The notes under the pieces were generated by a model. The model did no database searches. It was not told the origin of the DNA and worked only from the letters and a program-made list of their open reading frames with translations. A stretch of DNA of 64,000 nucleotides from Patescibacteria group bacterium (GTDB taxonomy: Bacteria > Patescibacteriota > Microgenomatia > UBA10105 > UBA927). The stretch spans positions 147,581 through 211,580 of the forward strand of contig JBMOPU010000012.1 in NCBI GenBank assembly GCA_049322955.1, read 5' to 3'. Below, piece after piece: positions 52,059-61,300 of the stretch. The position numbers were made by a program, and so were the translations under genes. How positions within the stretch are numbered: position 1 is the stretch's first letter; each line of letters begins with the position of its first letter.

Positions 52059-54311
52059 ATGCCGCTTTTTGACGTCTTCCTTGTTTTGCGTTTTTGGGGT
52101 GCGATGTTTCTCATCGGTGCCGCGGCGTTTCCCGTCACCAAACTGTTATTTCCGCATTGGCATGACCGCGGGTATCTCTTTAGCAAGGCGGTGGGTCTGA
52201 GCATCGTCACCTGGATTGTCTATATCCTGGGCCTTTCCCGTCTGTTGGAGTTTCGCGTAGAAACGATATATGCGGCGATTTCTCTGGTCTTTGCGGCGGG
52301 TATCGTCGGAACGTATCAGATGGTGACCAAAGGTACGCAGAAGGAACGTCGGAGTCCGCTGGGAGTACGCATTGTCCTCTACGAGATGTTCTTTCTCGGT
52401 GCACTGTTGTTTTGGAGTTGGATCAAAGCACATGAACCGTCTATCCGTGGGCTTGAGAAATTCATGGACTACGGATTTATGCAATCCATACTAAACAGCA
52501 GATATTTCCCGCCTGCGGATATGTGGTTTCCGCCGTACCCCATTAACTACTACTACTTCGGTCACTTGGTAACGGCACTTTTGACGAAGCTTTCGGGCTT
52601 GGAGCTTGCCTACACCTTTAATATGATGCTTGCCGCCCTTTTTGCTTTCACCCTTACCATGAGTTTTTCCATCGGCTACCAGCTTATGGAAACTACCCCT
52701 GTTTTTGCGGCAAAGAGGCGGTTCGTTCCATGGGTGGGGGGCATTGTGACGGCATTTTTGGTCACGCTTGCCGGAAATATGCAGACTATTTATGCCTTCA
52801 CGAAAGGGTATACGGGGGAAGAGGTGAAACCGTTCTGGGAATTAGCATGGGGGGTAGGCGAGTTTTTTACGAAATATCAGGAAGGAATGCAACTGTATTG
52901 GTACGCCAACGCGACACGATTTATTCCCTACACAATCCATGAGTTTCCGAGTTATTCATTCGTGGTTTCCGATGTGCACGGTCATGTGCTCTCATTGCCG
53001 TTTGTGTTGCTTGCCATCGCATTGGTGCTTTCGCTGTTCGGGAGCGGGAGCGGTGTTTCTGTAAAACGGCCGCTGGGGAGCCTTATATTTTACGGTTTTT
53101 TGCTCGGGGTGTTACTCATGACCAACGCGCTTGACGGACCTATTTACGGCGCACTTTTTGTAGCCGCTCTTTTTCTAATTTGGGTTGTTAGGACGGGAAA
53201 AATAGATACTTTTGATGGCAAACGTTTTATTTTGGAATCCATGCTTGTCATAGCAAGTGCGGGGATAAGTAGTATGCCGTTTCTTGCGCATTTTAAATCG
53301 TTTGTGAACGGCATTGCCGTCAACTGTCCGAACGGGTTGGTTGCCAACAGTAAAATCGGCCCCTTACTTTTTGAGGGAGTAGAGAAGTGTCAACGAAGTG
53401 AGCTATGGATGTTCTGGTTGTTGTGGGGATTCTTTTTCTATGTTGCCGGCGCATTTTTGATTTCTCCTTTGCTCGGGGAAAAGCGAATAAAATCAGCAAA
53501 AAGCTTATTAAAACTTGATAAAATTCACTTGTTGAGAACAGGATTTACTCATGACGAGCAGGTGCTTGTTGTCTTTATTTTTCTCTCAGTACTCCTGCTT
53601 ATTTTCCCCGAATTCTTTTACTTTAAGGATATTTATCCGCAACACTTTCGCAGTAATACCATGTTTAAGTTAGGGTATCAGGCCTTTATCATGCTGAGCA
53701 TTGTCGCGGGCTACGGCATTTGCCGGTTTGCTTTTGCCGGCAGAGCAGAGCGATTACTTGCCCGGCAGAGGATTGCCCGAAAGCTCTTTTTCCTCCTGCT
53801 TATGCCACAACTTGTGCTCGTTTCCATTTATCCGCTTTTCTCGGTGCGAAGTTATTTCGGCGGACTTGCGCGGTATGAAGGGTTGTACGGAATGACATGG
53901 TTTGCGGGTGAGTATCCCGACGACTATCAGGCGGCATTGTGGTTAAGCCAGGCAATGCAAGGTCGTGACGGGGAAACAATCCTTGAAGCGGACGGTGATA
54001 GCTATACCGACTATCAGCGATTCTCGGTCTTTACCGGAAGACCGACGCCGATCGGATGGGCAGTCCATGAATGGTTATGGCGCGGGACCTATGATGTGGT
54101 ATCTCCGCGGCGAGAAGACGTCAAAACCCTTTACGAATCTACGGACCCGACACTTACTCGAGAACTCCTCAACGCGTACAGGATTGCCTATGTGGTGGTA
54201 GGAACGCTTGAACGACAAAAATATACGGCGATGGACGAAGCAAAATGGCTGACATTCGGTACCGAGGCGTTTCGCAGTAACAATACCGTCATTTACGAGA
54301 TAGCAAAGTAA
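52059..54311 (+). CDS. DUF2298 / Chlor_Arch_YYY-domain polytopic membrane protein
   Basis: The signature INYYYFGH sits in a roughly 750-aa hydrophobic protein. It is divergent from the glycosylation operon. The start is MPLFDVF. Confidence 0.68.
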   Translation: MPLFDVFLVLRFWGAMFLIGAAAFPVTKLLFPHWHDRGYLFSKAVGLSIVTWIVYILGLSRLLEFRVETIYAAISLVFAAGIVGTYQMVTKGTQKERRSPLGVRIVLYEMFFLGALLFWSWIKAHEPSIRGLEKFMDYGFMQSILNSRYFPPADMWFPPYPINYYYFGHLVTALLTKLSGLELAYTFNMMLAALFAFTLTMSFSIGYQLMETTPVFAAKRRFVPWVGGIVTAFLVTLAGNMQTIYAFTKGYTGEEVKPFWELAWGVGEFFTKYQEGMQLYWYANATRFIPYTIHEFPSYSFVVSDVHGHVLSLPFVLLAIALVLSLFGSGSGVSVKRPLGSLIFYGFLLGVLLMTNALDGPIYGALFVAALFLIWVVRTGKIDTFDGKRFILESMLVIASAGISSMPFLAHFKSFVNGIAVNCPNGLVANSKIGPLLFEGVEKCQRSELWMFWLLWGFFFYVAGAFLISPLLGEKRIKSAKSLLKLDKIHLLRTGFTHDEQVLVVFIFLSVLLLIFPEFFYFKDIYPQHFRSNTMFKLGYQAFIMLSIVAGYGICRFAFAGRAERLLARQRIARKLFFLLLMPQLVLVSIYPLFSVRSYFGGLARYEGLYGMTWFAGEYPDDYQAALWLSQAMQGRDGETILEADGDSYTDYQRFSVFTGRPTPIGWAVHEWLWRGTYDVVSPRREDVKTLYESTDPTLTRELLNAYRIAYVVVGTLERQKYTAMDEAKWLTFGTEAFRSNNTVIYEIAK

Positions 54312-54497
54312 TTCTTGACAAACGGAGGCTGTTTTGGTTAAATAGGAGGAAGCATACGACTCCTCAATAGTGTCAGTCATGTTTTTCCCATGAATTCTTA
54401 CATCGAGAATCTTTGCGAATTCTTTGTTACTTATTGACATGTCGTCACCAAGTTAGTCTTATACAACAATCCATAGCTAGCCTCTATTACTATTTAT

Positions 54498-56195
54498 ATG
54501 GCGTTTAAAGCAACCCGCAAACCAACCACGAAGAAAACCAAAGCGACGGACGATGAAAAGACAATAAAAGCGCCGGTCGTTTCGGTCGCGGAGCCGGAAG
54601 AAACACCTGTTCCACAAGTGCAGACGAACCTCAGTATCGACGATTTTGTCGGTGCGCCGAGGGTTTCGGATGATATTCCCGTTCCCGCTGAACCGAAAAA
54701 TGATCCGGTACCTTTGCAACCCAAAACTCCCTATGCGGGGGCGGATAGAGGTAATTATCCTTCTTCCCAAGGAGACCGCGGACGACGGGATTTTGGTCAG
54801 AATCACGGCGGGAATCGCGGTCGCGGCAGATTTGAGCCGCGGCACCGCGGCGGGTACGGATACGACCGCGGCGGCTACGGCGGCAACCGAGATTTCCATC
54901 GAGGCGGCAACCAGGGGTTCAATCGCGATAACGGTTACCGGAGAGACGACGGCTATCGAAGAGATTTCGGCGATACCCAGTCGGCAAATGCGGGGGCGAC
55001 ATTTACTCCCGATGTCGATGTCCCGACGGAAACCGTTCGCGGCGTATTAGACACCATGCCGGACGGTCACGGCTTTTTACGGCCGAAATACACCCCGAGT
55101 GAGCGTGATGTGTATATTTCCCAGTCGCAAATTCGCCGATTCTTACTGAGAAACGGTGACTTGGTCGAAGGCCAGGCACGGCCTCCAAAGGATAATGAAC
55201 GATACTGGGGCTTATTGAAAGTCGAAAAAGTGAATGAACTTCTCGCGGAACAGATGGAAAAACGCCCGCGATTTGAAGATTTGGTGCCGGTGTATCCCAA
55301 TAAGCTGTTAAAACTTGAAACGCTTGACCGCCCGCTTTCCACCCGGATTATCGATTTACTTGCTCCCATCGGCTTCGGACAACGCGGTCTGGTGGTGAGT
55401 CCGCCGAAGGCGGGAAAAACGACTATTCTCAAAGAGCTTGCCGCAGGAATCTCCGCAAACTATCCGGAGGTGCACCTTATGGCTGTCCTTATCGGTGAAC
55501 GGCCGGAAGAAGTCACGGATATTTCGCGCTCAGTCAAAGGCGAGGTGTATGCTTCGAACTTTGACGAATCACCGGAACATCAAACCAGAGTTGCGGAAGT
55601 AGCACTTGATCGTGCAAAACGGCTTATCGAAATGGGTCATGACGTGGTGATTCTTTTGGATTCCATTACCCGGCTTGCCCGTGCTTATAACTTGGTGGTC
55701 AATCCGAGCGGCAGAACCTTAACCGGCGGATTTGATCCGGCGGCTCTGTATCCTGCCAAGAAGTTTTTGGGAGCGGCCCGTTGCAACGAACCGTTTTTGA
55801 CTCCTGAAGAACAGGCGGGAGCGGCTACCGGTGAAAAGCCGGTCGTCAAACGGGTTACCGACGGAGGCAGTCTTACGATTATCGGTACCGCGCTCGTCGA
55901 GACCGGAAGTCGCATGGATGATTTGATCTATGAAGAATTCAAGGGAACCGGCAACATGGAATTGCATCTTTCGAGATCGCTCCAGGAACGCCGCATTTTC
56001 CCGGCTATCGATGTCGGCAAATCAGGTACCCGACACGATGAATTACTCTTGGGCGAAGAAAACATGAAGCGCGTTACCACCCTTCGACATATGTTAAGTC
56101 TTCTTTCCGATGAAGAACGGACGCAGATGCTTATTGATCGGCTCGGGAAAACCAAAAATAACGCCGAATTCATCGAAAGTCTCTCGCAGGGATAA
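54498..56195 (+). CDS. rho: transcription termination factor Rho with an RGG/YG-rich N-terminal insertion
   Basis: A cold-shock-like RNA-binding region (RGVLDTMPDGHGFLRP), the Walker A LVVSPPKAGKTT, and conserved Q- and R-loops are present. A low-complexity insertion of about 150 aa (DRGGYGGNRDFHRGGNQGFNRDNGYRRDDGYRRDF) is present. Confidence 0.95.
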   Translation: MAFKATRKPTTKKTKATDDEKTIKAPVVSVAEPEETPVPQVQTNLSIDDFVGAPRVSDDIPVPAEPKNDPVPLQPKTPYAGADRGNYPSSQGDRGRRDFGQNHGGNRGRGRFEPRHRGGYGYDRGGYGGNRDFHRGGNQGFNRDNGYRRDDGYRRDFGDTQSANAGATFTPDVDVPTETVRGVLDTMPDGHGFLRPKYTPSERDVYISQSQIRRFLLRNGDLVEGQARPPKDNERYWGLLKVEKVNELLAEQMEKRPRFEDLVPVYPNKLLKLETLDRPLSTRIIDLLAPIGFGQRGLVVSPPKAGKTTILKELAAGISANYPEVHLMAVLIGERPEEVTDISRSVKGEVYASNFDESPEHQTRVAEVALDRAKRLIEMGHDVVILLDSITRLARAYNLVVNPSGRTLTGGFDPAALYPAKKFLGAARCNEPFLTPEEQAGAATGEKPVVKRVTDGGSLTIIGTALVETGSRMDDLIYEEFKGTGNMELHLSRSLQERRIFPAIDVGKSGTRHDELLLGEENMKRVTTLRHMLSLLSDEERTQMLIDRLGKTKNNAEFIESLSQG

Positions 56196-56288
56196 TTAGC
56201 CTCCGAAACGGTCGCCGCTCCATTTGTTTCCGCACTTTTTTTGTGGTACCCTTCATCTTTGCGGTGACGAAAACAGGGAGTGTTTTTC

Positions 56289-57374
56289 ATGAAGAAAAAG
56301 ATTCAATTATTGCTTGAGGATGTGCGTCTTTGGCGGCAGGGATGGTACCACTATCTGGTACGGCGTATTCGTCGTTTCGGAGCATGGTTTGAAACGAACA
56401 AAGACGTCCTGGTCGACATTTTGATGGCACGCCGAGGCGGCTATCAGCGGCCATTTTTGCATTTTTCCGTGGGCGTATTGGTGCTTGCGGCGATCATTTC
56501 GGCGCCGATTCTCGCCAATGCCTACCCCGGGGGAAGTGCACGGGCGCTTGCGGACTTCACCCCTCCTTCCGCAGTGGTGACATCGCTTGATCTTACCGAA
56601 TACGGCGTGCAGACGCAGATATCGGAAAAACCAAGGGATCAAATCATATCATACAAGGTACAAAGCGGTGATACGCTATCAACGATTGCACAAAAATTTG
56701 GCGTTTCTGTTGATAGTATTAAGTGGTCAAATGATCTAAAAAGAGACAGTTTGACCATAGGGCAGGATGTAAAAATCCCGCCGGTGACGGGTATCGTGCA
56801 TAAGGTGCGGGAAGGGGAGACCGTCTATTCGATCGCGAAAAAATACAAAACGGAATCACAAAAAATCGTGAACTTTCCGTTTAATGATTTTACGGATCTT
56901 GATACCTTTGCCCTTAGTGTAGGACAGACCCTTATCGTTCCCGATGGCGTTATGCCGGAGGCGGCTCCCATCGCTCCCGTTCGCTACTCTATATCACCGC
57001 TTGCCGCGGGAGGAAGCGGGCAATTTGCATGGCCGACCGTGGGGGCCATTACGCAGTATCCGATCTGGTACCATATGGCATTTGATATCGCAAATCCCAG
57101 TCAGCCGCCGATCACTGCGGCAGGGGATGGTACCGTCTTGTCGGTGCAATACCTGACGTACGGGTACGGGAGACACGCGATTATCGATCACGGCGACGGT
57201 TTATCGACCCTCTACGGGCACATGATCGAAATCTATGTAAAGGCGGGAGACAAAGTAAGCAGAGGGCAGGTGATAGGAAAGATGGGGTCGACGGGACGAT
57301 CCACCGGAACGCATTTGCATTTTGAGGTGCGGAGAAACGGGACGCCGGTTAATCCGACCTCCTTCCTCAAGTAA
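56289..57374 (+). CDS. LysM-domain M23 family metallopeptidase
   Basis: Two LysM repeats (YKVQSGDTLSTIA; HKVREGETVYSIA) are followed by the M23 motifs HxxxD (HAIIDHGDG) and HLHFE. An AGGGAG ribosome-binding site precedes it. Confidence 0.9.
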   Translation: MKKKIQLLLEDVRLWRQGWYHYLVRRIRRFGAWFETNKDVLVDILMARRGGYQRPFLHFSVGVLVLAAIISAPILANAYPGGSARALADFTPPSAVVTSLDLTEYGVQTQISEKPRDQIISYKVQSGDTLSTIAQKFGVSVDSIKWSNDLKRDSLTIGQDVKIPPVTGIVHKVREGETVYSIAKKYKTESQKIVNFPFNDFTDLDTFALSVGQTLIVPDGVMPEAAPIAPVRYSISPLAAGGSGQFAWPTVGAITQYPIWYHMAFDIANPSQPPITAAGDGTVLSVQYLTYGYGRHAIIDHGDGLSTLYGHMIEIYVKAGDKVSRGQVIGKMGSTGRSTGTHLHFEVRRNGTPVNPTSFLK

Positions 57375-57515
57375 TTGCACCACAATGGCATTTGCCTCGT
57401 GAGATGGTATAATCAAGAAGGTATTATTTGTTGCGACGGTGTGCCGTACGATCCGGATCCGTCGCAACACATTGGAGGAAAAACGTTGGGGAAAACCCTC
57501 GTTTGTCCCCAGAAC

Positions 57516-57586
57516 GGGCCCGTAGTACACCGGTAGTATATCTCCATGGCATGGAGGAGAAAGGGGTTCAATTCCCCTCGGGTCCA
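57516..57586 (+). tRNA. tRNA-Ala(GGC)
   Basis: A manually folded 71-nt cloverleaf: acceptor GGGCCCG/CGGGTCC with G3:U70, anticodon loop ATGGCAT, T-loop TTCAATT. Confidence 0.82.
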
Positions 57587-57671
57587 CCCATATAACTTTT
57601 GACGTGTGACCGTTGACTATTCACCGGAAAATATGGTTAAACGCTAAGTATTACCGGTGAACGGTTATTTC

Positions 57672-57744
57672 GGGCCTGTAGCTTAGTTGGTAGAGCGCCG
57701 CATTCGCATTGCGGAGATCAGCGGTTCGACTCCGCTCAGGTCCA
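57672..57744 (+). tRNA. tRNA-Ala(CGC)
   Basis: A 73-nt cloverleaf: acceptor GGGCCTG/CAGGTCC with G3:U70, anticodon loop TTCGCAT, T-loop TTCGACT. Confidence 0.88.
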
Positions 57745-57775
57745 CTTAAGAGGTATAACACGGGAGCAAGTCCAC

Positions 57776-57804
57776 AAAAAAAGAAGCCATTCGGCTTCTT
57801 TTTT
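57776..57804. terminator. bidirectional rho-independent terminator (A-run, AAGAAGCC-ATTC-GGCTTCTT, T-run)
   Basis: It serves the plus-strand tRNAs and the convergent minus-strand small ORF. Confidence 0.8.
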
Positions 57805-57821
57805 GCTCCAACACGCCGCGA

Positions 57822-58037
57822 TTACTCTGATTCCACCTGCACACCTGCAACGGTGGGAACGCTTCCCGATTGGGTATTGAGATAGGTACCAACCACGGCA
57901 CCCAGCCCCAACATCAGGGCAAACATCACGAGCAACATCCAGCTTCGTACAACGACCAGATAGCCTTCCTTCACCCGCGGTGCACGGACTGCTTTATTGA
58001 CACGATGCGCTTTGCGCGAAACGATTTTTTTCTTCAT
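57822..58037 (-). CDS. hypothetical small tail-anchored membrane protein
   Basis: A 72-aa protein with a basic N-terminus (MKKKIVSRKAHRVNKAVRAPR) and one C-terminal hydrophobic helix. Confidence 0.4.
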   Translation of the reverse strand: MKKKIVSRKAHRVNKAVRAPRVKEGYLVVVRSWMLLVMFALMLGLGAVVGTYLNTQSGSVPTVAGVQVESE

Positions 58038-58365
58038 AGGATATGGTTTTAGTTTGGGGAGAAAAAAAGCATTTGTCAATACCCAAACCAGGCTATTGAC
58101 ACCATATATGATATCTCATCATAGTAATAATAGACACCCGGTGGAAATCGACGTCGTGATGCATACCATGGCGTCGGGTTAGGGACATCGGGTGGCTCTT
58201 TGATGCAACGTGGGTTTATTTAACAAACGGAATCTTGACAGCACTATTTCTTCTTCTGCCCGCCGGGATGTGTCATTAGCCACCAAGCTGTTCCACTTTT
58301 TTATAGATTGTCATAGACAGAGAAAATGGTCTCATTTTTATGAGACAAACGGATTCGCCCAAATA

Positions 58366-61300
58366 TTGCCGCTGGTGCTGTTGATGTTGTTTGCGGGAAG
58401 CACATTTTTCATCATTGCCAGAGTCCAAAAAGAACGAACCGGCGAAATCCGGCAATTTGCGCAAAGCGGCGCGTATGCGTCGCCGACCGCCAAGACCACG
58501 GCAACGCCGAAAGTCACGCCATCCGTCACGATTTCTCCGACTCCCAAACCTGATCCGTGCCGATATCTGACCGGTACCGCACTTTCTTCCTGCAGAAGCG
58601 TCAATCCCTTGCCGTCGGCAACCCGTACGCCGACGAAATCTCCGACACCGACAAAAACGGTAACCCCCGTAGTGACGACGCGGGTATATACCAGCATGAC
58701 GGCGAGTGAATGTAGCGGGAGGCGCGGCACCTATAATCCGACTACGAGGACCTGTACGATATCGGTGACGCCCATTCCCACGATTAAGGTCAATTCGTCC
58801 TCATCGCAGTTGGTGTACGTGCTCAACAAGCAGACCGGCGGGTGTTCTCCACGGTTAGGAAGTGCCGTAAAATCTACTGATGAAACATATCAGAGTAGTG
58901 CATTGTGTGTCACCGCATCATGGAATCAGGGTATCGCCCAGGGAGCCGCCTCACCAAAAGCGAATACAACTATTCCGCCAAAACTCGCTTCCGGACAATC
59001 GTCGGGTGCTCCGGTGCCCCCTCCGGGAACCGGCATCGGGGTAGGGGCGGGAGTCGGTTTTGAAATTCCCATCACCTTTACGGCATCAGTCGTCAATTGG
59101 TTCCAGAATACTTTTGGGAAAGGAACCACGCCGACTCCGTCGCCGCTTGCTACAGGAACCACCCCCCGCGTAACGCCGAAGCCGACCATCGCACCGGGAC
59201 AAGATTGCTTTCCTAACTGTAAAGAACTATGTCAATATGGATCGAGTGGCATCTTTGGATGGGCGAAATGCGATGCAAAACCGACCGATACACCGAAGCC
59301 GGTTGCCAAATCCGGCACAACGCCGACGGTTACTCCAAAGCCGACGCTCAAGCCGGGTGCCGACTGTACGATTTGGGGTGGAGAAAACGGTTGCGGCAAT
59401 TGCCCGGGTGGGAAGTGGAAACCGGGGCTCAATGCCGTTTGTGAGTCTGCCGCTCCGGCATCGACGCCTCCCAAAACCCCCGCGACCACCGTAACCACGG
59501 CACCGGTTGCCGCGGTCGTACAACCGACGGTTACTCCGATTATTCCGACCGTGACGATTAAACCCGCCTCAACAATCACGCCATCGCCGAGTGCCAAGCC
59601 GAAGCCGAAGGTTTCGTGCGGCGGGGCAGGGGATGTTCCCATCAGTGAGGGAAGTGTGGCGACGGGCGAACAATACGGACCGGCGACGGCAATGAATGAT
59701 AATCAGCGATGGCGATGTGTCCCTGATCCCAAGAATCCGAATGTAGGGAAATGGGAGCAGTGTCCCGGCTGTCCGCTTACCGTTATTTCTTCCAGTGCGA
59801 ATCTTGCTGAGGAGTATAAAAAGGAATCGGCGGCGTTTGCCGAAACGGTCAATAAAATGGCCGCCGATGTCTATGCCTGCGGAACCTCGGCTTCCTGTAA
59901 AAATGAGGTCTATGCCAAATACGGCGTAAGCGCAGAGTCCCAGGCTTACCAGGACATGGCGAAGAACCAGGTGACGGAACAGGTGAAACTCTATCAAAGT
60001 CAGGATACCTATTTTGAGAACCGCGAAAAATGGGATCTGTGTAAGGCTCAGCAGGCAAATGATGCGAATTGTGAAGGCTACATCCAAGCGGCGAATAACG
60101 CGCTCGCCGCCGCAGGACTTGATCCCGTCGCGACCGCCGCCCAACTCGAATTAACCTATCACAACTATGTGGTGAACAAGGCATCCAGTCTTTACCTCAT
60201 GGCCGAAAGCGCGTACGCGTCATGCGTGGAGGATAAAAAAACAAATTCCGGTCTTGATTGTTCAGGGCTCCAAAAAAATGCCGCCGCCGCCTTAGCGTAC
60301 CCCGGGACTACGGCGGCTGACCAGGCATCTATATCCAAGTTATACAAAGATTATAAAACAGCATCAGATTATGTGTATCAGTCCAATCAGGAAATCTGCG
60401 GTACGTGTACCCCGGCGCAAGCCAACGCCTTACGTCAACAACATCTTGCGGCATCAGGACTTTCCGATTCCTATCAGGCGGGATTGTTGGAGGGGTGGCA
60501 ATCACAAATCGTGAACCTGGTGAAGGGGAACGGTCCCGGGAGCGAAATGGCAATCTGTAAAGAAGTGATAGGGACGTCGGCGTGTAATAGTTTGGAATCC
60601 GCCCGAACCGCCCTCAAAGGCGCGGTATCACTTGCTCAGCAGACCGAATTACAGGCACGTTTCGCCCAAAACGATGTTGCAGTCACCAGTGGGACGGGTT
60701 CTATTGCCATGGGAAATCCCGGAAGTGCCTATGCCGATGCGCTGTCCGCATACAAGGCGGAACAAATCAAAGGAGGGGATTATGCCGACCGGATCAAAAC
60801 CGAGGAACAATGGGAAAAAGAATTCGATGCCTATCAGCAAGGCATATGGGAAGAACTAAAGCCTATTTATGCCGCGCAAGGGAAAGACGCATTGATCGAA
60901 GCGAAAATCGCACAGGGACTGCTGGTTCCGTCGGAAATAAAAGAGGAGTATTTCAGCACGTACCCGCAGTGGGTGTACGACATGCAACCGGGATGGGAGA
61001 ATTTTTGGAACAGCGTTAAAAAACCGTTTGTTTCCGAAAACTCTGATATTGCGAAATACCAGGCACAGGGACAGACAGAAATGTTATCGCTTAATCCGGC
61101 AAATCAGGCCGCCGTATTTGCACAGGTCAACTCCTCCGATGCCTATAAAGATTGGCTCAAGACCGCGGAAATTGATAAAACCATCCCTCCGGAAGAGCAA
61201 TTTATCGAGCATCAACTGGAGCTGTTTTACGGCAATAAAGCCTATCTTGATATCGCCAAAGGGAACTATGAGCCGGGAACGGAGAGTGAGCGGATTTTCT

